Part shown: in pieces, positions 24,915 through 38,077 of the stretch
Numbering within the stretch: position 1 is the stretch's first letter
Layout: each line of letters begins with the position of its first letter
Assembly (NCBI RefSeq): GCF_018350175.1
Contig: NC_058368.1
Coordinates: 50,345,815 to 50,409,814 of the forward strand
Source: Felis catus
Lineage: Eukaryota
Direction: 5' to 3'
DNA: 64,000 nucleotides
Notes under the pieces: generated by a model
Told to the model about the DNA's origin: nothing
Seen by the model: the letters and a program-made list of their open reading frames with translations, nothing else
Databases searched by the model: none
Translations under genes and position numbers: made by a program

Positions 24915-25081
24915 GGGCACCTGGGTGGCTCGGGGGGGGTTAAGCATCTGAGTTCAGCTCAGGTCACAATCTCGCAGTTTGTGAGTTTGAGCCCTGTATC
25001 AGAGCCTGCTTGGGATTCACTGTCTCTCTCTCTACCCCTGTCTTGCTCACTCTTTTTTAAGATAAATAAACTTAAAAAAAA
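24915..25081 (+). mobile_element. Can-SINE
   Basis: Head gggcacctgggtggctc; TSD core aagtatttgcta. Confidence 0.9.
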
Positions 25082-25594
25082 GAAAGTATTTGCTAAAATA
25101 CACATATCATGAAATTGTTTTTCTTTATCCTTATCCACATAGAGCTGTGAGGTATTAGGTGGCTTTGAACATTGACATTTCCCTTCTGTTCTATTGGCAC
25201 ATTATAATTTAAACTGTTGCCATGCCCCAAATGACTACTAGTTGACTTTGGTTATGTGCATACAATGAAGTGAAAGAGATTTGAGGCTTACTCTCATCAG
25301 AATTCTTATGGACTCCATGAGGTTCCTTGTAAGTGTCTTGATTTGTTTGAAAGTCGTTAAGAGTGAATGTGTAGTCTTCGCTAAAAGAATAACACACACA
25401 AAGTTAAGAATATTTGAAGATGCCATTGTTAACTTCTAGCAAACACTAGATTTAGCAACAGTAGAATGAAAAAGTTCATAAATAGTTACCTGTGACCACA
25501 TATGATAAATCTAACTAGTGAGACTGGAATAAAATAAAACTTTTCTTCATAGGTATTTATAAGTGAAACAAAAGCTTTTTGGTTATGTCATTTC

Positions 25595-25814
25595 TTTTTT
25601 TTTAATTTTTTTTAATGTTTATTCATTTTTGAGACAGAGAGACACAGCATGAACGGGGGAGGGGCAGAGAGAGAGGGAGACACAGAATCAGAAGCAGGCT
25701 CCAGGCTCTGAGCCATCAGCCCAGAGCCCGACGCGGGGCTCGAACTCACGGACCGCGAGATCGTGACCTGAGCTGAAGTCGGACACTTAACCGACTGAGC
25801 CACCCAGGCGCCCC
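25595..25814 (-). mobile_element. Young felid Can-SINE
   Basis: CpG-rich body; TSD tggttatgtcatttct. Confidence 0.97.
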
Positions 25815-25925
25815 TGGTTATGTCATTTCTGTATGTACATCAAGTTTCTGAAATGATCATCTTCATATTAGAAATTGGAGTCTGTGGATCCTTGAAACAA
25901 ATTCGCTTGGGAATGTATATATGTC

Positions 25926-25926
<1 letters not shown>

Positions 25927-25966
<40 letters not shown>

Positions 25967-26027
25967 TGTATTACCAAATCAATTTTATATTCTGAGTAAA
26001 CACACACACACACACACACACACACAC
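25927..26027. repeat. (TG)n and (CA)n microsatellites in inverted arrangement
   Basis: (TG)~20 at 25927-25969, about 30-bp spacer, (CA)~13 at 26000-26027. Confidence 0.95.
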
Positions 26028-27779
26028 TGAGTTGACTGACATCCTGTCAAGATAGCTTGCACGTAGCTTGACACAGTCTGCATCCAAATCTTCAATGGGC
26101 CTCACCAACATTGCTGATTGTGTTCATTGAGTTGTGTGCATATGGCCTACAGATACAAGTAGCACCAGTACAGGCTTCATGTAGTCATCTGGAGGCATTC
26201 TTACATGTCGTATAAAAATCATGAATATTCAGGGTGCAAATTTTCTCGTGATCATTCTTAAGGGAACATATTGTGGATGAAAATCAAAACTAAGTGAAGC
26301 AGAAATGATAGACACTTTTTAAAAAAGGGTTCATTCAAACAGTGACAAAATTTGGCTCGATCCTTATGTTTTCTCCCCATTGAAAGCATCTCTTAGTGGG
26401 ATTGCTATCTTTTAAATGGTGTTCATGGAAAGCTATAATCATTTTTTTATTATAAAAAAAGATAATAGGATAAAATGGAAAGTTGGAAAATAATGATGTG
26501 AGAAGAAAAATGTAAGGAAAGCAGATGAATAAAACAATCATTTGTTCTGAAGCTGGTTATTTATCTACTGATCAAAAGGGCTTTAAAAATATATTGAATA
26601 GAACTTCACTCATGGGTTCACCTAGATTTCTTCTGAATCAGTCACAAAAAAGAAGGGAATTTTTATATAGTACTTTCTATGGTATACTATCTTTTTCATG
26701 GGAAAAAACAACCTTTAAAATCCACAGGTCTACCTTTTGAAGTTTAACCCTATTCTGCTGAACCTGTAGAATGCCCAGGCTTTGGCCACTTGGGAATTAG
26801 AATTATATTGTGATCATCCGAGAGCCCAGTTGCATGAAATATGCTGTGAGAGGTAGAAAAGGAATAGAAGATATGGTCCTTGTTCTCAAAAAGCTCACAA
26901 TTTAATTTGAGAGAAATTGCCTCATTGTTGCATGCATATGCTCTTGAGCTATCCTTGAATCAGGGACTAATTATTTATCTAGGGTTTACTAGGGAATAAA
27001 AAACTTCTTACACATTTCTATATTCTGAAAATCCAACAAATCAGGAATTACAGAATGTCAGAAGGGAAAGGGACATTAAGAATCGTTCAAGTCTGTCCTC
27101 TGGAAGTGCCAATTGGGGCAATTGTTTCTTTGAAACATTGTGAAGGAAAATTTTAGAGCATTTTTTGAAATATAAATTAACAAGTTATCTAGGGTACTAA
27201 TTGATTTTACTTAAGCAGGTTTGAAGTGACCAAATGTCGAAGCCAATCTGAATGCCAAGGACAAGCCGAGGTTTTTAATCAAAGGAACTTATGTCTTTGA
27301 CCTTATTTTTCTGAGCACAGGAGAGGAGACTAGAGAATTAACCTTAGAGTAACATGAGTAGGGATTATATATGTACATTTTTCTGAAGACTTTAGTCCAT
27401 AAAATTTGACTGAAGAACTGCCATAATTGACACCTTAAATTAGGAAGTTATAAAAGAACTTGTATTCCATTTTATATATGAATCCAGAAATACCGCCTTT
27501 TCCTGGAGTGAAAATTTTTAACTTTTAACAACCCAGTGGTGTGATGTGCGCATCAGTACTGCAATGTGCTATTGTTATTGTGCTGATTAGGACAAGGAGT
27601 CTCACAGATGTTAAATAATTCTCAAGGTTACAGAACTTCTTAGAGGCACAGCTGTCATTTGAAACTAAATCTATCTGATCACCAAAGCCAGGGCTCAGGG
27701 TACTGACTACAGCCAGCTTGTTCCTAAGCAGCTAAGGGGCAACATCTGAAAATGGCCTTGGACACCCAGGTTTATAGGA

Positions 27780-28065
27780 AAAACAGCAGAGGACTTCTCC
27801 CTCTGCTTCTGTGTGTGGGGTGACCTCGTTAGTTGCCCACTTCAGGGTCCCTGGCTACCCTGAATCCTGACTGGGGGATGTGAGGAGAAAAAAAGTGATC
27901 AGCTCACCACAGGTTTGGTGGTGCTTTGAACTCTGGTGTTCCTTTTCAATCCACCTGCTATTCTTTTTAGAGCCCCCAATACCTGTTCACATTGTGACAT
28001 TGTAGGTGCATTCAGTGAGAGAGAAAATATGGAGTGTGCTTACTCCATCTTGCGCAGAAGCAAAC
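27780..28065 (-). mobile_element. L1M 5'-UTR fragment
   Basis: ...ggagtgtgcttactccatcttgcgcagaagc resembles antisense L1M 5' ends. Confidence 0.5.
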
Positions 28066-28656
28066 CTTCTTATACAAATTAAAAATATATATTATTTAAG
28101 AAGGGGGAAAGACTTGGGAAATAGTATGGTCGAACCACGTGCCTTTACACTGCAGAATCACAAGACTTTCAGACCAGGAGCTTCTTCCCTCTTAGCAATC
28201 TATAAAGAAGGATTCTCCTTGTTCCTTCCAGTGTCGGATCACCCTGTTGGTCAGAAAATTTCATAGATGAGGATGGAATCTTCTTTATTGATAAAGGGAA
28301 TTCTTATTTAACATTTCACTTAATAAAATTCACCAAACATTGAGTACCTACGATAGTTGGAAAGCTGGTATTTTGAGAAATGAACATTCTGTTTGTCAGT
28401 CTCCCTCTGCTCTTCCCCAGTAGGTATCATTACTTATTCCTCAGCGTTAAGCTGGACAAGCTAATTTGGCTTCTCTCTGGAGAATTTGCTCTGGTAATGT
28501 AGTCCCTCAAGAGAAGTTTCCTCACCTGTCCTCAGCACCGAGCAGGACATAGGTCCAATAAGTACTCCTAAATGGATGAATTGTCCTGAGGCTGGAGCCT
28601 TTAGAAGTGAGGTGCCAAATTTAAAGAAACTTAGGGAACATTAACATTTTTAAAGA

Positions 28657-28993
28657 AAGTATAAGTCAGAGAAAGACAAATACCATGTGATTTCACTCAT
28701 ATGTGGAATTGAAGAAACAAAACAGATAAACAGGGGAAGGGAACAAAGAATAAGATAAAAACAGAGGGAGACAAACCATAAGAGACTCTTAAATACAGAG
28801 AACAAACTGAGGGTCGCTGGAGAGGAGGTGGGTGGAAGAATGGGCTAAATGGGCGATGGGCATTAAGGAGGGCACTTGTCAGGATGAGCATTGGGTGTTG
28901 TATGTAAGTGATGAATCACTGGGTTCTACTCCTGAAACCAATACTAGACTGTAAGTTAACTAAGTTGAATTTAAATAAATAAATTAAAAAAAA
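28657..28993 (+). mobile_element. Carnivore L1 3' end
   Basis: agtcagagaaagacaaataccatgtgatttcactcatatgtggaa...gagaacaaactgagggt...tgatgaatcactgggttctactcctgaaacc...A tail. Confidence 0.92.
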
Positions 28994-30111
28994 TGAGTGG
29001 GGGCTTTTCCACTGTCCTTCCAGATGCAAATTCCAGTCTGAAAACCTAGTCTGTTCATCAGAATTTCCCTCACTCTAATTTTCTGAAGGCATAGATATTT
29101 TGTGTTTCCATGTTTTGCTGCAGACTTGTCCCTTGGGCACTGCATTTCTCTACTGTTAGGAAGAGTCTGTAGATAGACTGAACTCTTAATTTTTAGCAAT
29201 ACCTATAGCTCTGAATAGTGTCACCTTCTTTCTTTCTCACAGCCTGGTTCAATAATGCTTAACAATTCCAGGGGTAATAATGTCAGCCCAGGTTGACCTG
29301 TCAACATGGAGAGAATAACAGGGACACAAAAATGATGTGGTTTGGTGTGATGATGGTGTGGGAAATAACTTTAGATTCCACTGATATGCTATTTACAACC
29401 TAATCTAGTCTCATCCTCTTTATTATTCCTGTTCTTTCTTGCACCTTTCATCTTTTTGCCCGAGTGGGGAGAACCTACCATCTACCTATATGGGTGGGAA
29501 TGCTTCTGCATATAAAGTCTCTGATTTTTTCACTGATCAAGGCAAAAACATGCATCCCGTTGTTTAGTTATACAATCTAAATGTAAGCATAAAGAAAAAA
29601 AAGCAATGCACACCATGGAGAGGCATGCTAAACTGCTGTTTGTCAGCGTTTTCCAGAACAATGTGTAAAATCTGGAAATTGCCTGTCAGTAATTTGTTCT
29701 ACTTGGACATTGCATGGAGACCTTAATATTGAAACTGTACTTCACTTCTGTTCAATCTGAAGACTTGGGCCTATGGAAAATAGGTGAAAAGAAAATTGTA
29801 GTTTAGATTGCTAGGAATAAGGACCCATGTCCTCTTTAAAGAATGACAAGAAAAGTCAGCCATTGATGGGTCAAATTTATTTCTTAAGATCTTAAACCAA
29901 ATTCCATATTTGTACATGGGAAAGTATTTTCTTTCTGCTCAATTAAAAAAAAAAAACTACTTGAGTTGCCAATAAGTAACGGTGAGTCACTGGATTCATT
30001 TACTACCAATCTGAAAACTAAGTTGGGGGAAAAGAAAACTGCAACTAATAGCTACGCAGTAGATTTGTGGAAGCACTGTATAATTACAGCACTCACACAA
30101 CAGATAATGAG

Positions 30112-30345
30112 TGTTATGGGTTGAATATTTGTGTCCCCTCAAAATTAATTGGTAGCAGCCCTAACTCTCCAATGTGGCAGTGTTTGGAGGGGGGTCTTCA
30201 GGAGATAATTTGCTTTAAATGTGGTCATGAGGGATGGGATTATGAAAAAGGAAGAGAGACCATATTTTTCTCTTTCTGCCATGTGAGGATACAGCAAGGA
30301 AGAGAGTCCTTATCAGGAACCGAATCAGCTGACACCTCGAATCTT
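30112..30345 (+). mobile_element. MLT1A-like (MaLR) LTR, partial
   Basis: tgttatgggttgaatatttgtgtcccctcaaaatt ... ctgccatgtgaggatacagcaagg ... aggaaccgaatcagctgacacc. Confidence 0.8.
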
Positions 30346-30718
30346 CATAATTCTGAGGAAAAATAGTTGATAGACATTGAATTACAGATCATTACTGGCT
30401 ACTGTTAAGCTTTTGACTTTCAAATAAAATCTCAGATAGACTAAAACCTCAAAGAAATGTAGAATAAATTAATTTTTCAATTTAGTCTTTTTTTTTCAGA
30501 GTTTTGTGTAAGGTACTTTTATAGCATTGGTAATTTTCCAATCACTTTGATATAGATTGTTAGAAATTGTTATTTCAGCTGAAAGTAAAAGGAAGAGCAT
30601 GACATTGAAGAAAAAACACAAAGATCTTTTTTATTCCAAAATATAGTAATGTATTTTAGGTATGTATAATTCAAACAAAGAATGGATAGAGAAGTATGTG
30701 GAATTGGAAACTCAGAAA

Positions 30719-30864
30719 TGTTTGTTTGTTTGTTTGTTTGTTTGTTTATTTGTTAAGTAGGCTTCATGCCTAGTGTGGAGTGAAGGATCTCAAGACCCTG
30801 AGATCAAGACCTGAGCTGAGATCAAGAGTAAGATACTTAACTGACTGAGCCACCCAGGCACCCC
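30719..30864 (-). mobile_element. Short Can-SINE with (TTTG)n-derived tail
   Basis: gagatcaagacctgagctgagatcaagagt...ccacccaggcacccc. Confidence 0.88.
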
Positions 30865-30989
30865 GGAAATATCTTCTAAATCAACTTACCTTAGAGACCT
30901 TACATTGCATTCATATCTGAAAAATTCAAGATTTTCCAAAATAAGAACTTAAAACATTTCTCAGGTTAGTGTTGAGTATGTCCTTCACC

Positions 30990-31400
30990 TTTTCTTCCCT
31001 AACCATTCTTACTCCTTAGGCAAAATCTCATCAACTTCCCTGGTTTTAGATAATATCCATAAGTTTCCGACTTCCAGATTTTTATCTCTAGATCTCATTT
31101 CTCCCCAGAGCTCACACTTGTGTATTCAACTTGCTATTTCACACTTATATTAGGAACTTCAATTCTAATTGGCCCACAGATAATATTTCTTCTCTAATAT
31201 CTCTAATATTTCTTCTCCAGCTTACTCCTCCTCTGTCTTCTTGAACCCAGTATTTAGCACATTATTTTTCCATTGCTCAGGACAAAACTGTTGGCCTGCC
31301 TTTTCTTGACCGCCCTTTTTTCCCCATATTTTCAAGACCTATTGATTCTACTTTCAAAATATATCTTGACCCAACCTATTTCACTTATTCATCTTTGTGC
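30990..31400 (+). mobile_element. L2 fragment
   Basis: gacttccagatttttatctctagatctc...cctattgattctactttcaaaatatatc L2-like text. Confidence 0.55.
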
Positions 31401-32736
31401 AACACTATTCCAGATCCATTGAGATAGTTTATACTCTTGAAGTTTTAATTTTTCCTTTTCATTTAGGTCTCTGGGCCTCTGAAATTTGTGTACCTAGTGT
31501 GAGGTTGGATTGTATTTTTTCCCCTCTTTCTCCTTTTATATTTAACAAGTTTTCTGTTGCTTTCAATTTTTTTCCATGCTGATATTGTGAACGTTGAGAA
31601 TCCAGTCACAGAGCTAGCAATTGGCTTCTCTCAGTTTCTGGTTTTGAGGCTGTATCTTTGTCACTCTACCTCCTGAGGTTCAGAACTTCTAGTAAAGTAA
31701 TTGCTCCAGGTTGACGAATGGTCAGCCTCTCCTCACGAAGGTGAGTTTTATGGAGTTTTAGTTGTAAGTAGTTCGCATGAGTCTTGTTCCGTCTTATATA
31801 GAGATCTTTTAGCCCATAACCCCCCAGAAACTCAGTCTTCTTTACTATCACCTACTTCCTGTCCAGGAGTCCATGGAGCTTGGATTTAAGGTCCACTGTT
31901 TCTGTTTTATATTTGATCCACTGATTCTGAGCCTAATTTTGTCTCATTATTTTTATCTGTTAATATTTTATCTGTCTTTGTCATTTGTTCAAGCAGGAGA
32001 GTTGGGTTAAGGCACAGACACAGTTATGTGGAAGTCAAGGATTGTAAATCCTTCCACAGGATTGGAAGTCAAGGATTGACCTTTGGTGATAATCTTTGAC
32101 TGCAGTGTTTTAATCCAAACAAGTACTTCCAAAGGTGGCATTTCTAGTCTCCAAGGTAGACTGATAGAGGAGGTGTTTTGAGCCAAGAGTAGCTTTACAT
32201 ATCCCTCATATCTCATCATGTCTGCCAGTACCATCAAGAGAACTTGGGAGCAGTTACGTGACTTGAGAGAGGGAAGCAGAGGACATTCTCTTCTACAACT
32301 ACATGTCTGGAAATATTATTAATGATATAAAACAACCACAGGATGAGTGACTTCACATTGAGTGTTAGCACATTATTACTTTAGCACAGTAGCATAATTT
32401 TGTATGCCCCCAAAATTGTTTCTAAAATATCAATGAAAATGTATAGAACAGTAATTGTGTGTCATAACTAAGTGTGATAGATGTTTTCACACATTACATA
32501 TTTTTATCCCCATTTTATAAATGAAATCTCAAAGGGTTATATTACTTACACAGTTGGAGTAGTTTGGATGTGAGCTCCAGAGTCCAATATGTTTCATATT
32601 GCTATACTTTTATAGATGAGATGAGAAGCAGTGGGCCCCAAGAGAAAAGATGACTAATGAGACTGATATTAATATCTTTTCCATTTCAATTTAGTTCCCC
32701 TTATAAATCTTGGCTGCCACCATTCCAGCATTCCTC

Positions 32737-32768
32737 ATTCATTCATTCATTCATTCATTCATTCATTC
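32737..32768. repeat. (CATT)n tetranucleotide repeat, probably derived from an L2 tail
   Basis: Directly visible. Confidence 0.9.
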
Positions 32769-33019
32769 AGTATTCTGTGTCTGCAGTATGCTAGACGTGG
32801 TTCTACAAAGTCGAACAAGTCATGGTAATTTACTGTAACTCACTAGAAACACTTCTTCTTCCTGTCTAGCATCCCTTAATAACTCTGAAATACTTTACAT
32901 ATGGCAATAAAATATGTACATATTTTCATCCTTGAATCATTTACAAAATATATCCACTGTTTTTCATATAATTGGCTAATGACTTAAGGAACAGATAAAA
33001 ACCTCTTTCAGACATTTAC

Positions 33020-33242
33020 TTTTCTTTTTTTTTTAGAGTTTATTTATTTTGAGAGAGAGGGGCAGAGAGAAAGAGAGAGCTGGGAGGGGCAGAGGAAGGG
33101 GTGTGGAGAGAGAATCCCAATCAGGCTCTGCACTGTCAGTTCAGAGCCTGATGCGAGGCTCAATCCCACAAATGGTGAGATCATGACCTGAGCTGAAATC
33201 AAGTGTTGGATACTTGACCGACTGAGCCACCCAGGCATCTCC
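33020..33242 (-). mobile_element. Can-SINE (older)
   Basis: SINEC body. Confidence 0.92.
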
Positions 33243-33252
33243 AGATGTATAC

Positions 33253-33481
33253 TTTTTTTTTTAAAATTTTTTTCTTAATGTTTTTATTTATTTTTGAGAG
33301 AGAGAGAGACAGAGCATGAGCAGGGAAGGGGCAGAGAGAGAGGGAGACACAGAATCGGAAGCAGGCTCCAGGCTCTGAGCCATCAGCACAGAGCTCGATA
33401 TGGGGCTCGAACTCACAGACTGTGAGATCATGACCTGAGCCAAAGTCGGACGCTCAACTGACTGAGCCACCCAGGTGCCCC
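33253..33481 (-). mobile_element. Can-SINE in tandem with the previous copy
   Basis: TSD cagatgtatacttttt. Confidence 0.95.
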
Positions 33482-34747
33482 AGATGTATACTTTTTGATG
33501 GAACTATTTGTTGAAGAAAACAACTTTGTATGTAACGCTGAAGGTCTACATTAAGAATATTTTTATGATCTGGTCAGAGAAAAGTTCTGCACTTGCAAAT
33601 AAGGCATTATAATAAATATTAAAAATTCTCTACAGCAAGGTACATTGCAGAATACTAAATACTAAAATAAATAGCATGGCTCCTGTGCACACAAATTCAT
33701 GAATTTCTTTTCCCCCTACTACTTGCAAGTGCCTTAAGCACAGATTATGTCTCACCTGTCATTTTTTTTCCCACTGGCAATTTGGCACCTGGTGGATGCT
33801 CAAAACATATTTGTAGAATGCATTATTTATCGGATGGATGGATATTCTTTGTTATTGGTTGAGTGGATGTACTGTAAGGAAGAACGAATGAATGAAATGA
33901 TGGCTGTATTTATATGCAACACTCTGTAAGATATTTGATACTTCACCATGTGTCTTTAGAAAAGAAAGCCTGATAGTGTTTTGGGGGACATGTAAAAAAA
34001 AGGCCTGATAGTATTTTGGGAAGTGTGTATTTAGTATTTGGCTTTTATTCCCAGGTTTCAGAAGCATGGGACTACAAATAAATGCCAACTTCCTCTTTTG
34101 TATCTTACTGCCAGACAATTTCTGTTATTCCAAATTTGAAAGCATCATCCAAAATCTATATTTTTTCTGTATTTATCTACTTACCTATTGCTTAGATACA
34201 CAGACTATCAATAAAAGCTTGAAATTATTTTCTTGTACATAGAATTTCATTACAGTGGTACTCACTGTAATGGGCTATTCTGCGATAGAGTAAGTTGTTT
34301 TTAATTGTTGGATTAATGTAAGTAATAAAGAGATGCCATATAGCTTTCTACTTTACGATGTTTTTTTTAAATTATATTTGTATATATCACTTAAAACTGA
34401 CAATCCCAAAAGAAGCTACTTTTTTTTTTGTTATAATTTGTACTTGGGAAAATGAAACTCAGAGAAGTGAAATGACTTGTCTATTTCACAGTCATGCCAG
34501 ACATTCTTCTGGGTAGGAAGAGACAATCACTACCTTAAGAGACCTTACAGTTTTGGGGAGTGGGAGGACAAATAAAGAGATAATTACATTATAGTAAGTG
34601 GAATTATATTTAATGCATGTACAGGGTGCTGTGAATATGTGTGGGATGTATATATCAATTTGTTCAGAAGTCTGTGGAACTTCAACCAAGTGTATGGTTC
34701 CAAGTGCAAGGCTTATTCTACCATAGCCAACCTTTCTCTTCTTTATC

Positions 34748-34913
34748 TTTTTTTTAATGCTTATTTATTTTGAGGAAGAGAGAGAATCCCAAGCAGGCTC
34801 CATGCTCAGCAGTGTAGGGCCTAACATAGAGCTCAATCTCTCAATCGAGAGGTCATGATCTGAGTCCAAATCAAGAATGGGATGATTAACCAACTGAGCC
34901 ACCTAGGTGCCCC
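34748..34913 (-). mobile_element. Can-SINE
   Basis: gagaatcccaagcaggctcc...gccacctaggtgcccc. Confidence 0.88.
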
Positions 34914-36600
34914 TCCCTCCCTTCTCTTTGATTCAGTCTTAGACCTAGTGGAAGTTGGTTAACAGAAGTAAATGTGACAAGTGAGAAATTAAACTTCAAA
35001 TGAGGAAAAAGCTGGGTCTTGACAGTGTTGCATTTTGGTATTTTAGAGACTTCTAGAGAAGGTTACTGAATGAAATGGGGGAGTGGGCAAGGAGGGACAA
35101 GAAAGCAGGACTTCTTAGCAGAAATACTAGTAAACAATTGACTTTAAACTCTAGGCCTGTCTCAGTTGCTTGCTCAGGGAAACCTATCCAGTCTTCCAAC
35201 ACACACATAAGACTTTGTGACTAAGAAAGGGTGAGTTGCATACTTAATGGTACCCTTAAAACTGAGTAGATGATTATGAAGATTTTTTTTTTCTGCTTCT
35301 TAATTCACAGCAACTCCTGGTTGAACTAGAGATGACTTTACTTTCCAGTATCTCTTGACTGAGAATAGAATATTCACGATAATGAAATTCTAGACAACAG
35401 AAAATGGATGTACTGTGGAGTTCCTTGGTAATGAGATTTGAAAATAGAATTTTAACTGGAGACTAATATTAGAATATTCCTGAGTAATATCTGACCTTTA
35501 TGGCTTGGAGCACCAGAGCTTCCTTCCCTTGCGTATTTGCATTTCTAATATCCTGAAGTCATTTCCTGTGTGTCAGTTTTATCACTGCCCCACTGTTTAA
35601 CTGTGCTGCCTATACCCTCCCTCAAATGTCTGTTCTTTCACCACGAATTTAGGACTGCAGAAATGACGTCAACTTCAGGGTAATTTAAATTCCAGTGATC
35701 AAATTTTCTGGTTTCCTGACCACTAGCCTTTCTTTCCTTGTTTCTTCTTGTTCCCATTATTTTTTTAGGAGCTGAAAGTTTCTTGATATATAAATATTCC
35801 CAGCCCCACTCTTTTTATCTTGTACCTAATTCCCCAAAGGGGTTGCTGCAATGATTCTCGCCTCTTTCCATTATTTCCCTTAAGTCATGGCTGAAGTTTT
35901 TGTCCCATCTTAAGAATATGGATTTTCAGCAAAATTGAAAAATATAATGGAAGAGTTCCAGCTTCAATTAAATATTTACTATTTTATTTGTGAGTCTGTG
36001 GATTGTTTCTGCATAATTGTTATCTGATATAATCTTTCCTCATCAAAGTTATAATTTCTTAATTTGTTAAAATCTATATAACATACAAAAATATTTGGTT
36101 TTCAGGGGACCTGGCTGAAAGCTGAAGTTTTTTTTAGTATAATATGTATTTTAAAAATAGCTTTATTGAGGCGTAAGTGTATGTATGTTGTAAAATACAC
36201 ACATTTTAAGAATAGAGTACATGAGTTTTGATAAATACATGAATGCAATTACCACCAAAGTCAAGATTTAGAACACATTCATCATCCCTAAAAGTAATCT
36301 CTTTTTCCTTTTCAAAGTTCACATTCTATGCACAAACCATGGAACCTCTGAACTACTTTTTTTCCACTATATTTTTTTTGTTTTCTATAATGTCATGCAG
36401 TTGGAATTGTATAGCATTGCCTACCTGCCCCCCCCCCCCCCCGCCTTCTAACATGGTTTCCAAGGTTTCATTTCTCTAGCATTCTCTATTTTACAGATAA
36501 ATAACTTGGAGAACAGTAATACAAATACTACAAGAAATTTTGCTGAAGATAGATATGGTTTTACAGAAGTCAGTAGACATTTACATAAGGATCTGTATAT

Positions 36601-36602
<2 letters not shown>

Positions 36603-36639
<37 letters not shown>
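36603..36639. repeat. (GT)n microsatellite
   Basis: Directly visible. Confidence 0.97.
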
Positions 36640-36641
<2 letters not shown>

Positions 36642-37849
36642 TGGAAATGGGGCAATACTGACCCACCCATGTATGTGATTTATTCTTGGAACAGTCTTGC
36701 CAGCTAATTTCAGCAAAAGTTAGTGCTGCAAAGCATTGTTCTAGTCTTGTATAGGATTAAAAGAGTAACAAAACACAGTATTTGTTCTTATAAAAATTAT
36801 GGTATAAACATAATTCCATAAGACAAGTAGGGTAGGTGTAATAAGGTAGTACAAAGAAAGTGTGTTGAGTACTTAAAAGAGGTGGGAGGAATTTGTTTGA
36901 GATATTAGCACAGGCTTCATTAAAATGATGGTCTTTGGATAGATGGCCTTTGTGGGTGAATAGAGGTTTGGTGAGTAAAGACGGTGAAAACTGACATGCC
37001 AGGCAGAGAAAAACTACATGAGAAAAGCCAAAGGGTAGGAATTAGAAAAGTGGAGAACACTTGGGGGAAAAGCTTGGCTCAATAAATATTTGTTGAGTGA
37101 ATGAAAATTTAATATCCTATTCCCAAAGTTAGTGCTAATAAAGTAAAATTTAAGTGGATCTGTAATTAATAATCATGTTGGAGGAGTGTGTTGAAATGTA
37201 ATGGTAAAAAAACCTCACTTCACAGCCTGCACGTGTGGCTCCTTGCCTGACTCCAAAGGGCCTCCCTGACCCATGCCTCCTTCCTGTCCTGATAGCTGCT
37301 TTTTTATCCTTCAAGGTTGAATTTCCTTTCTGTCTTCCCAGGAAGCCTTCCTTGACTTTCCTCTCCAGAGTCAGCTGCTCCATCGCTGTGCCTGCTGTTA
37401 TTATAGTACTTACACTGAAACCATTCAATTATGTGTAGATCTCCACCACTGAACTGTGAGAAGCTCAAGGGCAGAAATTTTGTTTCACTTGTCTGTGCAT
37501 AACCAGTTCTTGGATCTGGTAGGTGCTCAACACCGTCTAGTTGCAGGACAGAAACATGCTTAGCTGAGTACTGAGTTGATAGTTTTCTCTTCTGCCTTTA
37601 TGTTATTCCTTCCTTCAGTCTCAGTGTGTAGTTCTTAGTCTCCAGCTGGAAACTGAGCTGTCTATACACATTTCACAGCTCTGTGCTTTTCCATGTCCCC
37701 TCAGCCCCTCATGGCCTTAGCCAGTGTCTCCATGGACCTAAATTCTAAACATCTCTTTAGCTGGAGCTCAAAGGCCTCCTTTATCAGAGTGCTTCTCTGA
37801 TGTCCAGCCAAAGTGTTTTGCCTTCTCTGAATTTACGTGATAATTTTCT

Positions 37850-38077
37850 TTTTTTTTTTTTAAATTTTGTTTTTCAACGTTTATTTATTTTTGGGACAGA
37901 GAGAGACAGAGCATGAACGGGGGAGGGGCAGAGAGAGAGGGAGACACAGAATCGGAAACAGGCTCCAGGCTCCGAGCCATCAGCCCAGAGCCTGACGCGG
38001 GGCTCGAACTCCCGGACCGCGAGATCGTGACCTGGCTGAAGTCGGACGCTTAACCGACTGCGCCACCCAGGCGCCCC
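37850..38077 (-). mobile_element. Young felid Can-SINE
   Basis: Near-consensus body; perfect 16-bp TSD tacgtgataattttct. Confidence 0.97.

Noticed and set aside
26100..28600. Other exon-like segments (minus about 26106-26146 and 28526-28598; plus about 27219-27270)
   Set aside because: Weak acceptor or donor, or phases incompatible with neighbouring candidates; indistinguishable from pseudo-exons.
32029..34020. Short direct repeats with 34-35-bp period (tggaagtcaaggattg x2 near 32030; gcctgatagt(g/a)ttttggg x2 near 33970)
   Set aside because: Only two copies each; local tandem duplications, not a CRISPR-like array.
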